Shown here piece after piece: positions 11,138-23,253 of a stretch of 64,000 bases of DNA (its first letter is position 1; the number at the start of each line of letters is the position of its first letter). The stretch spans positions 620,001 through 684,000 of the forward strand of contig OZ218950.1 in NCBI GenBank assembly GCA_965112735.1, read 5' to 3'. The translations under genes were made by a program, and so were the position numbers. The DNA is from Phaeosaccion multiseriatum. Its lineage: Eukaryota > Protista > Ochrophyta, other classes. The notes beneath the pieces are model-generated. The model had not been told where the DNA came from. It ran no database searches and saw only the letters and a program-made list of their open reading frames with translations.

Positions 11138-12508
11138 CTAAATCCCAAGTCCCGAGGTATCAGCAGCAGGGCCCTCCACACGCACGCACGCTCGCAGCGC
11201 CTTCCGTCCGCGACTCTTCTTCTCACTCGCCGTCACCATACTCTCCTCCAGCACCGCCCACTCCTCCTTCAGCTTGTCGTCATCATCATCCCCCCCTGCT
11301 CCTCCTGAGCGATAGCGGCGGTAGGCAGACACAAAGCCTCGGATCGTGCTCTCCAGGCTCGCCCCCTTCCTCTTTGTGCGCACAGCGAGGTGGGGCAGCA
11401 GCAACACTTTACTCCGGCCCACAGCCACCACCACGCCATTCGATAGCTCCCTGTCCCGACGGCCGCAGAAGGCCGTGACAGCATCAGCCCCGCCATCTTC
11501 CAGCCCTCTCCACAGGCCACAGGGCACTTGAATCTCGTCCCCGACATGAAGCCCCAGCCCCGCAAGCAAACCCACCCCATTCCCATCCTCCAGTGCCTCC
11601 TTCCTCTCCTCCCCTCCCCCAGCCATTGAAGGGGCGCATTTCGCCCTCTTCCTTCCTCTCCCATTGATGTCCGTCGCAGCTCCTCGCTTGGGCACAGGCG
11701 TACAACGGGCAATCTCCTCCTTCTGCTCCGCTCCCTCCCTCTTCACTCGTGCATGCCTCTTGCACATCCCCCCTTGCTTCCGTTGCTTTTCGCACCCCTC
11801 AACAGTACACCTCTTCCGTACCACCACCGCTCCGTGAGCCACGCAAAGTCCTCCTCGGACCCGTACCTTATCGCACCCCTCAACAGTACACCTCTTCCGC
11901 ACAGCCCCATGGGCCTGGCAAAGTCCTCCCTGCCTCGGGTGCTTGTCGCACCCCTCAACAGTACACCTCTTCACCACAGCTCCATGGCCCTGGCAAAGTC
12001 CCCCCTGCTTCGGGTGCTTGTCGCACCCCTCAACAGTACACCTCTTCACCACAGCCCCGTGCTCAAGGCAAAGTCCTCCTTGGATCCGTACCTTATCGCA
12101 CCCCTCAACAGTACACCTCTTCACCACAGCTCCATGGGCCTGGCAAAGTCCTCCCTGTTGCGACTGCTTCTCGCACCCCTCAATAGTACAACTCTTCACC
12201 ACAGCCCCGTGGGCCTGGCAAAGTCCTCCCTGTCGCGACTGCTTCTCGCACCCCTCAACAGTACACCTCTTCACTACGGCTCCATGGCCCTGGCAAAGTC
12301 CTCCCTGTTGCGACTGCTTCTCGCACCCCTCAACAGTACACCTTTTCGGTACCACCACAGCCCCGTGGGCCTGGCAAAGTCCTCCTTGCTGCCGATGCTT
12401 CTCGCACCCCTCAACATTACACCTCTTCCGCACAGCTCCATGGCCCTGGCAAAGTCCTCCCTGCTTCGGGTGCTTGTCGCAACCCTCAACAGTACACCTC
12501 TTCCGCAT
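11138..12508 (-). CDS. WRKY19-like zinc-finger repeat protein, copy 3 (10 repeats, intact)
   Basis: Open ORF with windows HPK, HRQ, QSQ, QSR, QSQ, VRI, HPK, HPR, VRV, QRK. Confidence 0.88.
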   Translation of the reverse strand: MRKRCTVEGCDKHPKQGGLCQGHGAVRKRCNVEGCEKHRQQGGLCQAHGAVVVPKRCTVEGCEKQSQQGGLCQGHGAVVKRCTVEGCEKQSRQGGLCQAHGAVVKSCTIEGCEKQSQQGGLCQAHGAVVKRCTVEGCDKVRIQGGLCLEHGAVVKRCTVEGCDKHPKQGGLCQGHGAVVKRCTVEGCDKHPRQGGLCQAHGAVRKRCTVEGCDKVRVRGGLCVAHGAVVVRKRCTVEGCEKQRKQGGMCKRHARVKREGAEQKEEIARCTPVPKRGAATDINGRGRKRAKCAPSMAGGGEERKEALEDGNGVGLLAGLGLHVGDEIQVPCGLWRGLEDGGADAVTAFCGRRDRELSNGVVVAVGRSKVLLLPHLAVRTKRKGASLESTIRGFVSAYRRYRSGGAGGDDDDDKLKEEWAVLEESMVTASEKKSRGRKALRACVRVEGPAADTSGLGI

Positions 12509-13010
12509 TCTCACAACTCCGCGCCCTTCAAACAATCCTCCTTGCATCTCCTTCGCGTTTCTTCAAAAGAATACAAGTGCTCCCCCGTGGACAAGAAGGC
12601 TCTTACAGCCCTTCCTTCACTGTCTGTCGTGGTCAAGAGAAGAGAGAGAAGTCGAATGCTTATGTGCCAAGTTCAAGGCCTCCAACCCGCGCATCGGCTG
12701 AAGACAAAGGAGGATAGATCCCCTTGCGTCCAGCCCAAGTCTTGGAGAAGAGGAGGAGAGAAGGTTGTAAAAGAGGGAAGAGAGGGGAATTAAGGGATGG
12801 GAGGGAGAGAAAGAAGGATGTGTGAAGGGCGGGGCCCAGGAACATCTAGTTTCAGTTTCAGCGTATTGGATCTGGACGAGGAGCCCAGCTCGGAGTCCCA
12901 CAGAGCTCCCCCCCGCAAACACTCTCCGAGGGGTTCGGGGCTTTACGAGGCCCAAAGACTGAGGACGATACAACGCTTGCCTTGTGTCAAGAACAAGAGC
13001 TTCCTCACAA

Positions 13011-13800
13011 CTACTCTTCCGGCTGCCCATCTGCTGCTACTGCCGCTGTATCACCAACTGCTGTGTCACCACCACTGGCGAGGGCGGCCTTGTGATCATG
13101 GAGGTGTATAACGGCCTTCCCGTCGTCCACGTGTCCCTTCATCAGGCAAATTACCTCCCCATGCGGCCACGTGTTGCTCAGACCGGACACCAGCTGGGGC
13201 AGGATGGGATGGCAGTGGATGGGGATGACGGGACGGGGGGGGGGGGGCAAAGGGGAAACAACGGGGGGCGGGGTGAGTGCTTTAACTTCGAGGTGGAAGA
13301 GAAGGACATGGAGGGAGAGAGAGAGAGAGTTATCCCTCCATCATACAACTGCCGACGGCTTAGCGCTAAGCAGGTGGTGATACATAGCATATGCATAGTA
13401 GTTGGTGATACATTACATGCGCTAACATGAGTCTACCCAGGCTTAAAGAAAGACTACATACCTCGCCAAGGAAGGAGCGCAGCGCGGCCCCGCACGTACT
13501 TCCCGCGGGCCATCCACTGCCATCCCCCTCCCCCTTCTCCCCCTCCTCTTCCTCCTCCTGCTCCTCCTCCTCCTCCTCCTCCTCCTCCTCCTCCTCCTCC
13601 TCCTCCTCCTCCTCCTCCTCCTCCTCCTCCTCCTCCTCCTCCTCCTCCTCCTCCTCCTCCTCCTCCTCCTCCTCCTCCTCCCCCGCCCCTGTGTCCACGC
13701 TCTCGGTGACCATGGTCTGTCCCCCCGCAGCAACGCTGTCGGCCACACGCGCGAGGGCTTCCCAGAAGTCGAACAGCGTCAGGACTCCGTTCTGGGGCGG

Positions 13801-13864
<64 letters not shown>

Positions 13865-16159
13865 AGACGACGCATGCCCCATGATTTGCATGACATGCAT
13901 AGATTCATTTAGGTTAGGGGTACAGCAGCAAGAATACTCATGAGGGGAGAAGTAAGGTTCCTCCCTCCCTCCCTCCCTCCCTCCCTCCCTCCCTCTCTCC
14001 CTCTCTCCCTCCCTCCCTCCCTCCCCTCCCTCCCCTCTCCTCCCCTCCCCTCCCTCCCTCCCTCCCTCCCTCCCTCTCCCTCTCTCTATCTCACCTCGTC
14101 TCTATCCCTAAGCTCGTCCACCACATAGAGCCTGCTTGCGAGGAAGCACTCCTTGGCCACACTCGGGTCCAAGCGGTCGGGGCCGATGCCTGCGTGGGCG
14201 AGTAAGCTGTACAGCAGGTGGTGATACAGCAGTCACAGAACACGCACGACACCAACGTTCGGCATACCATTCGATCCAATCATTTCGAAGCAGGGCGAAG
14301 CAAGCAAGTGGGCAGGGCAGAGTAGCGATGAGCGGCAGGGGGGATTCAGAGCGGCTCTTTCACAGCTTTCAGAGCACATTCACAGTGTCAGAGCCTCAGA
14401 CTGCTCGACCGAAATGGTCTTGAGACAAGCGGTCGCCTAAGGGTTTGAGTTTGAGTGTAAAGGAGGGAAGCGAAGCGGACACTGACACTGGCCGCTGGAC
14501 ATGACATGAACACTGACACTGGCAGGCAACTGCCCCGGCCATTCCACAGGCACTGGGTCCTGGCACTGGCCAAAGCACTGACACTGGACACTGACCTGCC
14601 CCAGTCCGTGAGTGAGAAGCGCTGCAGCACCTTTTTCACCACGCCGCGCCGCCGCCGGTCCATCTTCAGAGATAAATTGTTGATAGGGTACACCTGTTGG
14701 TCATTCGCCATTCGGTTAGTCATTTGTTGGTTGGCTGGTTGGTCCTTCGGTTGGTGATTCGGGTGGTCGCTTGTTTGTCTTTCGGGGTAAGCAAGTCGGC
14801 CTTGTACGGAGGACGCCACAGGATACACACACACCCATTGACTCACTACCCACCCACCTACTGACTTGCTACATACCTTCCAGAGCGCCTCGACGAGTCC
14901 TCCGTGCTCTCTCATCACCTTGTCCACCCCCCGTGTGTATAGCCTCGCCTCTCGGTAGGCGTCATGGTCGGCCTTTGCGCTGACGGGAAGGCGCTCCTCC
15001 ATGCAACACAGCAGAGCTCGCAGGCCCTGCAGAAGGCTGCTTTGGCTCTGACTCTGGCTTGAGGGAGGGAGGCTGGAGCTGCTGCAGTTGCTGTTGTTGT
15101 TGTTGTTGTTGTTGGAGGTTACGATTCCTCCCTCTCCTCCTCCTCCTCCTCCCACTGCCTCTTCCCCTCCTTCTACGGCTGCTGCTGCTGCTACTACCCC
15201 ATTCGCCACCGACGTAGACGTGGATGTCCGGTTGGCTTTCAAGGCTGCCGCCTTCAAACCCCCTCCTCCTTTCTTGCTGGGCTGTTTCTGACTGCGGTAG
15301 ATGGCAGCAGATGTGCGCACGAGCACCTCGAGCCATTGGGGCTCCAAGAGGTGGGCTTCAGAGAACTCCGCGAGGGTCTGAATGTCTTGGGTAGCCTCGC
15401 CGTCCTGGAGGGAGGGAGGGATGGAGGGGGGAGGAGGAGGAGGAGGAGGAGGAGGAGGAGGAGGAGGAATGCGCGTGTAAAAGTGAGAGATTGGCGTTCG
15501 TGCGTGCGTGCGTGCGTGCGTGCGTGGGTCCTGACCTTGTTCATGACTGCGATGAAGACTCTCTCGAGCTCATTGGCAAGCTGCTTGGGGGCCTCGGGAC
15601 ACACACACTGCGTGAACAGCAGGAACTGGGGGGGGTATGGCAGTGGATGGGGAGGAGGAGCAGCAGGAGGAGGAGCAGCAGTTGGTTATAGAGCAGAGTG
15701 GAAACATACATCCCCTTTCCTTCCTTCCTTCCTTCCTTCCTTCCTTCTGTCACTTGCTCCCGACCATTTGATGTGCTCCCATCCACTGCCATCCCTCCCC
15801 CTGTCCACCCCACTCCCTCCCTCCCTCCCTCTCTCCCCACCCTTCCTTCTCCCTTACCTGCTCGCGACTCAATTGATATGCCCCGGACACCGGCTCGCCC
15901 GTAGTGCCCCCTAAGCTCACAAAGTGATCAAAGGTACTTAATATCATCTTGAACGAAGCCCTCAGCACCCCCTCCACCTCCATGGACTCCTCCTCCACGG
16001 TTGCCTCTCCACTCGAGACGCGCTTGTTGCCCGACGCCACGAACCTCCACCACCGATCGTGCATCAACACCCGGGACCAGGTCACTGTGAAACGGTGGGC
16101 CATGACCCCGTCGGCTCGGTTATACACGTCGCCGGCGCCTCTCTTGCACCCTCCTCCTC

Positions 16160-16195
<36 letters not shown>

Positions 16196-16533
16196 GTGCT
16201 GTTGTATCGCCAACTGCAGCATCACTAGGTGCCCCTCTGGAGGTGATGCTGTTGCTGGAGGAGTTCTGAGCCGTGGCCTTGCGTTCCAAACCCTTCCCAG
16301 GGGGCCCTCTTACGCCGCCGTTTGTGACACTAGGACCACTGCAAGTGGTGGTCACGTTGTTGTTCGTGCTCGTGTTGGTGATACTCCCACGCCGCAGCAG
16401 ACCCCCTGTGCCATCACTACCCGCCCCTGCTCGTCCGTACATGAGGCCATCCAAGGCCAGCTCCCATGGTCTGTTTGGGTCTCCTCCTCCTGCGATACCC
16501 AAGCCTCCCCCCCCCACTGCTTCGAGACCGCTC
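13011..16533 (-). CDS. Gene B copy (7-exon 5'-truncated fragment)
   Basis: Same exons and splice sites as 4377-7919, with a longer poly-Glu (CCT)n tract. Confidence 0.72.
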
Positions 16534-17954
16534 CTGGGAGGGGGGTGAACTTCAATCGGCCGTCTCTCTTCCCAGGGGGGCACGACAAAGCCGACGAAGG
16601 GGCAGGGAGGGGGGCGTGGCGCTCCCTCCCCACTCTCTCTACTGTCTCTCTTGTTGTGATGAGAGGAAGTCAGAGTGATAGAAGGAGCGCAGCGCGGCCC
16701 CGCACGTACTTCCCGCGGGCCATCCGCTGCCATCTCCCTCCCCCTCCTCCTCCCCCTCCTCCCCCGCCCCTGTGTCCATGGTCTATCCCCCCTCAGCAAC
16801 GCCCACACGGGCGAGGGATTCGAATGAACAACAGTGTGTCTATGGATGACTCAGGGATTAGTAGCAGCTCCTCTCACTCTCAGGAGGATGCTGGTGCCGG
16901 GCCCGTGCTGGGCGGTGCTGACTCGGAGTGAGCCCCTACCTCGCGCGAACGAAATCTTGAGCCCTCATTTACACTCTTGTTTGTAAAGAAACTCACCACT
17001 GCACGTGGAAATACATCAAAATTCACACACAGCACATTCAGAAGCTCCCAAGTCTCAGTTACTCGGCCCCTTCCACAGCAGTGAAGCGATGTGGGTGGCG
17101 ACTGTTTTCATCAAGGTCCATCACGTGTATTGACTTACTCTACTCTTCACGCCCATTGCACACACCAAGCCTCAAGCTTCACCACGGCGAAGGCGATACG
17201 GCGGACGGAAGGCCATCGGGTCACTAAATCCCAAGTCCCGAGGTATCAGCAGCAGGGCCCTCCACACGCACGCACGCTCGCAGCGCCTTCCGTCCGCGCC
17301 TCTTCTTCTCACTCGCCGTCACCATGCTCTCCTCCAGCACCGCCCACTCCTCCTTCAGCTTGTCGTCATTATCATCCTCCCCTACTCCTCCTGAGCGAAA
17401 GCGGTGGTAGGCAGACACAAAGCCTCGGATCGTGCTCTCCAGGCTCGCCCCCTTCCTCTTTGTGCGCACAGCGAGGTGGGGCAGCAGCAACACTTTACTC
17501 CGGCCCACAGCCACCACCACGCCGTTCGATAGCTCCCTGTCCCGACGGCCGCAGAAGGCCGTGACAGCATCAGCCCCGCCATCTTCCAGCCCTCTCCACA
17601 GGTCGCAGGGCACTTGAATCTCGTCCCCGACATGAAGCCCCAGCAAGCAAACCCACCCCATTCCCATCCTCCAGTGCCTCCTTCCTCTCCTCCCCTCCCC
17701 CAGCCATTGAAGGGGCGCATTTCGCCCTCTTCCTTCCTCTCCCATTGATGTCCGTCACAGCTCCTCGCTTGGGCACAGGCGTACAACGAGCAATCTCCTC
17801 CTTCTGCTCCGCTCCCTCCCTCTTCACTCGTGCATGCCTCTGGCACATCCCACCTTGCTTCCGAAGCTGCTCGCACCCCTCAACAGTACACCTCTTCGCC
17901 ACAGCTCCATGGGCCAGGCAAAGTCCTCCTCTGACACGATGCTTGTCGCACTCC

Positions 17955-18421
17955 CCCGGCACCGCCCCTCTGACGGTGCCGCGCACACTCCAACCCACCC
18001 GATTCTCTATCTCCCCGCGGTAGATACCAATGGGTATCCCTCGAATATCTCCCCACTGAGTCCACCAGTCCCCCGGGGCGGGTGGGTGGGAGAAGATTCA
18101 CCGCGTTAGCTGCTTTCAGGGCAGCGACTCCTATCCTCACTTCCACTCCACCGCACCACACCACGGACCTCTTATGCCACACCCTCAAGTTTCTAAACCT
18201 CCCCCTCCCTTGCCAGTCCGTGAAAAGTCGTTTTCCCACCGGGGTACGAAAACTCCCCTTTCACGGCCTTCTCGGTCGGGTACCTCCCCACATTCACAAA
18301 TGCCCACACAATAGTATTACAATTAGGTAAAAGGGGGTACTTGCCAGTCGGAAGTTAGAGAGGAGGACGAGTCTTTGCGCACCCGGCACCGCCCCTCTGA
18401 CGGTGCCGCGCACACTCCAAC
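17955..18421 (-). repeat. Ngaro-like split direct repeats (B1-A2-B2) at the 3' end of the first copy; same arrangement at 20387-20882
   Basis: A ~70-bp block gttagagaggaggacgagtctttgcgcacccggcaccgcccctctgacggtgccgcgcacactccaac occurs at ~18353-18421, 20387-20455 and 20813-20882, and partially at 17955-17994. It contains the stem cggcaccg/cggtgccg. Confidence 0.75.
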
Positions 18422-18503
18422 TCAACTGGAATTCCAGTCCCTCAACTCGTCCCTCCGGCTCGCCTCTCCCCCCCATCACCTTCCCCTCCCCCCCACTATC
18501 CCA

Positions 18504-19724
18504 TTACACTCCGCATCCCCAGTCTTTGTCTGCCCCCGCCTCCTTCACCCCCAAACCCTGGTCCCACATCCTCGCCCCCCCTACTGTAACAATATCCCCC
18601 CTTCGCGCTAGTATCTCCGACACCCTATCCGACTCCTGCACGTTCGGCCGGATGTACCGCATGAACGCCTTGCTCTTCCACCTCCCTTCCACTTGAATCG
18701 TCGAATCTGACGCCCCCCTTGCTGCTAGTGTCGTTGCACCCCCAACACGAAAAGAATGCAGCGCATGTCCTGAGGGATCAAGTCCCAAGGCCGACCCCAC
18801 CCTCCTCATCTCCTTCGAGACCTCCGTCCGTTTGAAGCACGTCCAGCCGCCCTTACCCCACCACGCTGACAGTGGCAGCGTGCCCGTGACCTGACCCCTC
18901 CCTTCGCCTTCGTCCTGTAAGTCCAAGACGCGCTGAATAAGCTCCAAGGCCCCTTTTCCCTTGTCCACTCGCCTCCTACACAGCACCGCTCCCACCCTCA
19001 TCTGATCGCCCTTTGACCCTTTGAATCGTATCTCCACCCTGTCCGCCATGTGCCGGTACTTCAATGTGACTCTGCAGCTCCCCTTGAAGAAGTGGAGATC
19101 CTCTCGCGTCAGACCAAAAGTTGGATGGACCTTCCCCGTTTCATCGTAACCCCACAGTTCACTGGCACGTAGCAGAAAGAAGTAGGATAGACCCATACCA
19201 CACCACATTGCCTCCCCTCTCACCCCCACACCCACATTCCCCTCCACTGACTAGAGCATGTCCCACGTGAACGGCTGTCGCACGGTGTTCATCCCCTTGC
19301 TCCCCATCCCCTGTTGCCTCTTCATTCCCTTCTTCGTCGCAGCCACCAGATAATGTGAGGTCGGCAGCTCCACACCCCTCATCATCCGGTGGTAGTACGC
19401 CACTCCCGAGATTTTCGATGCCACCGTGTCGACAGCATCTCCCATCTCCGCGAATCGGTATGCAGCGAACGCCGAAACAATCTCAGCTGCACGACCTTCG
19501 TCCACATTCTTCTCAATCCACACCCCCATCCCCACCGCTTCACAGTACTTCACCCACGCCCTCCAATGTGACGTATATGCTCCTTGAGACCCCGGCGCAA
19601 TTGCTGCTCGTGCATACTGTCGCGCAAGGTCCGTGTACAAAGCTCGTTTGCCTCCTTCCCCAGCTCCAAGCGCCGCCAGCTCCTCCCCCCTTTGCCCCTT
19701 GCTCGTTGATCCTCTGAATTGCAC
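18504..19724 (-). pseudogene. DIRS-type tyrosine recombinase with an in-frame TAG at 19251-19253
   Basis: ORFs 19251-19724 (N-terminal SQGAYTSHWRAWVKYC...) and 18504-19247 (catalytic domain) share one frame. Confidence 0.88.
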
Positions 19725-20260
19725 TCAGATTATCTCCCCTGGCCAACACCGGTGCTCCCTTCTTCTCCCCCTTGATCCCCAACTGAACCACCACCAGCTC
19801 CGCCATCACCACCATCGCCAACAGTTCCAGGAGGTTGATTGACACCCTCCGATGATTGGCCAGCTTGTCTCCACCATCACCCTCCTCCCCCACGAAACGT
19901 CCTTCCATGCTCACTCCGTCGACCTCCTCCATCCCCAACCTCCACCACCAGCCCAGCTCCTCACAATAGCCTCCAATTGCCTGCTTTGATGCGTCCGTGT
20001 ACCACGCCATCACCGAACCACTTCCCACTCTCCAGCGCCACCATCACTTGCCGAAAAGCTGACTTGACATCCAGTTTGCTCAAGACGATGTGCTGCCCCG
20101 GGTATTTCGCCCGAAGACACCACACCAGCTCGATGAGAGCCCGAAGTACCCCGCCGCACAAGCTCTCGGGCAAACTATCCGCCGACGACCGAGCATTGAT
20201 GCTCGCCGCGCCAAAAGTCAGGTTCCGAGCCTTCCCCTCTTCCCACCGTCGCTGCATGCT
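19700..20260 (-). pseudogene. Internally deleted DIRS RT / RNase H remnant
   Basis: LPESLCGGVL...KLDVKSAFRQV is joined by deletion to WYTDASKQAIGGY...INLLELLAMV...GDNLSAI. Confidence 0.8.
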
Positions 20261-20966
20261 AGTCAACACGCCTGAGCTCCCACCCCAATGCCCCCTGCAC
20301 CAGGCCCCTCCCCAGTACCCACTGTACCAAGGCCCACAGACCGCACCCCAATGCTCCCTGCACCATGCCACGCCCCAGTACCGACGAGTTAGAGAGGAGG
20401 ACGAGTCTTTGCGCACCCGGCACCGCCCCTCTGACGGTGCCGCGCACACTCCAACCCACCCGATTCTCTATCTCCCCGCGGTAGGTACCAATGGGTACCC
20501 CTCGAATATCTCCCCACTGAGTCCACCAGTCCCCCGGGGCGGGTGGGTGGGAGAAGATTCACCGCGTTAGCTGCTTTCAGGGCAGCGACTCCTATCCTCA
20601 CTTCCACTCCACCGCACCACACCACGGACCTCTTATGCCACACCCTCAAGTTTCTAAACCTCCCCCTCCCTTGCCAGGCCGTGAAAAGTCGTTTTCCCAC
20701 CGGGGTACGAAAACTCCCCTTTCACGGCCTTCTCGGTCGGGTACCTCCCCCCATTCACAAATGCCCACACAATAGTATTACAATTAGGTAAAAGGGGGTA
20801 CTTGCCAGTCGGAAGTTAGAGAGGAGGACGAGTCTTTGCGCACCCGGCACCGCCCCTCTGACGGTGCCGCGCACACTCCAACTCAACTGGAATTCCAGTC
20901 CCTCAACTCGTCCCTCCGACTCGCCTCTCCCCCCCCATCACCTTCCCCTCCCCCCCCACTATCCCA

Positions 20967-22049
20967 TTACACTCCGCATCCCCAGTCTTTGTCTGCCCCC
21001 GCCTCCCTCACCCCCAAACCCTGGTCCCACGTCCTCGCCCCCCCTACTGTAACGATATCCCCCCTTCGCGCTAGTATCTCCGACACCCTATCCGACTCCT
21101 GCACGTTCGGCCGGATGTACCGCATGAACGCCTTGCTCTTCCACCTCCCTTCCACTTGAATCGTCGAATCTGACGCCCCCCTTGCGGCTAGTGTCGTAGC
21201 ACCCCCAACTCGAAAGGAATGCAGCGCATATCCTGATGGATCAAGTCCCAAGGCCGACACCACCCTCCTCATCTCCTTCGAGACCTCCGTCCGTTTGAAG
21301 CACGTCCAGCCGCCCTTACCCCACCACGCTGACAGTGGCAGCGTGCCCGTGACCTGACCCCTCCCTTCGCCTTCGTCCTGTAAGTCCAAGACGCGCTGAA
21401 TGAGCTCCAATGCCCCTTTTCCCTTGTCCACTCGCCTCCTACACAGCACCGCTCCCACCCTCATCTGATCGCCCTTTGACCCTTTGAATCGTATCTCCAC
21501 CCTGTCCGCCATGTGCCGGTACTTCAACGTGACTCTGCAGCTCCCCTTGAAGAAGTGGAGATCCTCTCGCGTCAGACCAAAAGTTGGATGGACCTTCCCC
21601 GTTTCATCGTAACCCCACAGTTCACTGGCACGTAGCAGCAAGAAGTAGGATAGACCCATTCCACACCACATTGCCTCCCCTCTCACCCCCACACCCACAT
21701 TCCCCTCCACTGACCTCTTCCGTACTACCACAGCTCCATGGGCCTGGCAAAGTCCTCCTTGGACCCGTACCTTATCGCACCCCTCAACAGTACACCTCTT
21801 CCGTACCACCACCGCTCCGTGCCCTTTGCAAAGTCCTACCCGTTGCGACTCCTTCTCGCACCCCTCAACAGTACACCTCTTCCGCACAGCTCCATGGGCC
21901 TGGCAAAGTCCTCCTTGGACCCGTACCTTATCGCACCCCTCAACAGTACACCTCTTCACGACAGCCCCGTGGGCCACGCAAAGTCCTCCTTGGACCCGAT
22001 GCTTGTCGTACACCAGCCAGCAGACAGCGAGACCATCAGCACACAGCAT
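20967..22049 (-). CDS. Chimeric ORF: zinc-finger repeats fused in frame to a complete tyrosine-recombinase catalytic domain
   Basis: Continuous ORF ...AHGAVVVRKR|SVEGNVG...LLRASEL...SKGDQ...YALHSFRVGG...GRWKS...RYIRP. In-frame ATG at 22049. Expression is not shown. Confidence 0.55.
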   Translation of the reverse strand: MLCADGLAVCWLVYDKHRVQGGLCVAHGAVVKRCTVEGCDKVRVQGGLCQAHGAVRKRCTVEGCEKESQRVGLCKGHGAVVVRKRCTVEGCDKVRVQGGLCQAHGAVVVRKRSVEGNVGVGVRGEAMWCGMGLSYFLLLRASELWGYDETGKVHPTFGLTREDLHFFKGSCRVTLKYRHMADRVEIRFKGSKGDQMRVGAVLCRRRVDKGKGALELIQRVLDLQDEGEGRGQVTGTLPLSAWWGKGGWTCFKRTEVSKEMRRVVSALGLDPSGYALHSFRVGGATTLAARGASDSTIQVEGRWKSKAFMRYIRPNVQESDRVSEILARRGDIVTVGGARTWDQGLGVREAGADKDWGCGV

Positions 22050-22321
22050 AGCAACCACAGTTAGTCACGCCTTGTCACCCGCACCACCCACAGTAGGCTA
22101 GTTCACATATCACCTCCACCACCTCACTCCTTCCCACACCCCTTCATCTCCTCCTCCCCCCTTCACTCCCTTCCCATTCCCCATTATCCTCTACTCTACC
22201 ACCCTTACCATCCTCTTCCCCTCCACCTCACGCTCCATCAATACCACACATACACGCATCTACACATGGTTACAACTTACCTCGAGCGCTCCAATACTGA
22301 GCCCATAAGCTCTAATATACA
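22009..22321 (+). mobile_element. Severely 5'-truncated CRE-like non-LTR copy (3' UTR only), TSD TGTCG
   Basis: Identical to ~59986-60298. tgtcg at 22004-22008 and 22322-22326. Confidence 0.92.
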
Positions 22322-23253
22322 TGTCGCACCCCTCCACAGAACACCCCTTCACCACAGCCCCGTGGGCCAGGCAAAGTCCTCCCTGCTTCGGTTGCTTGTC
22401 GCACCCCTCAACAGTACACTTCTTCCGCACAGCTCCATGGGCCACGCAAAGTCCTCCTTGGATCCGCCGCTTGTCGCACCCCTCAACAGTACACCTCTTG
22501 GTCACAGCCCCGTGGGCCACGCAAAGTCCTCCTTGGATCCGCAGCTTGTCGCACCCCTCAACAGTACACCTCTTCACCACAGCTCCATGGCCCTGGCAAA
22601 GTCCTCCTTGGATCCGATGCTTGTCGCACCCCTCAACAGTACAACTTTTCACCACAGCTCCATGGGCCTGGCAAAGTCCTCCCTGTCGCGACTGCTTCTC
22701 GCACCCCTCAACAGTACACCCCTTCCGCATTCTCACAACTCCGCGCCCTTCAAACAATCCTCCTTGCACCTCCTTCGCGTTTCTTCAAAAGCATATACGC
22801 CCACCCCCGTGGACAAGAAGGCTCTTACAGCCCTTCCTTCACTGTCTGTCGTGGTCAAGAGGAGAGAGAGAAGTCGAATGCTTATGTGCCAACTTGAAGG
22901 CCTCCAAGCCCGCGCATCGACTGAAGACAAAGGAGGATAGATCCCCTTAGGCCCAGCCCAAGCGGTCTTGGAAAAGAAGAGGACAGAAGGTTGTAAAAGA
23001 GAATATTCAAGACCGGGATGTGAGGGGAATACACTTCTTAGGGAGGAGAGGGAGAGAAAGAAGGATGTGTGAAGGCCGGGGCCCAGGAACATGCGATCTA
23101 GTTTCAGTTTCAGCTTAGTGGATCTGGACGAGGAGCTCAGCTCGGAGTCCCACAGAGCAAACACTCCCGACGGGTTCTTGGGGCTTTACGAGGCCCAAAG
23201 ACTGAGGACGATACAACGCTTGCCTTGTGTCAAGAACAAGAGCTTCCTCACGA

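Larger units (their letters stand above)
17952..21713 (-). mobile_element. Ngaro/DIRS-type tyrosine-recombinase retrotransposon, two tandem 5'-truncated copies
   Basis: YR motifs LLRASE, SKGDQ, HSFRVGG, GRW, RYIR. RNase H motifs WYTDAS, INLLELLA, GDNLSAI. RT fragment KLDVKSAFRQV. 17955-19251 is duplicated at ~20416-21714. Split direct repeats lie at the 3' end. Confidence 0.9.
17224..22730 (-). pseudogene. Zinc-finger gene copy 4 (about 11 repeats), split by the Ngaro dimer and a CRE fragment; 5-bp deletion near 17644 in the C-terminal domain
   Basis: Repeats at 17830-17951, 21714-22008 and 22322-22730. gaagccccagcaagc here versus gaagccccagccccgcaagc in other copies. Confidence 0.9.
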
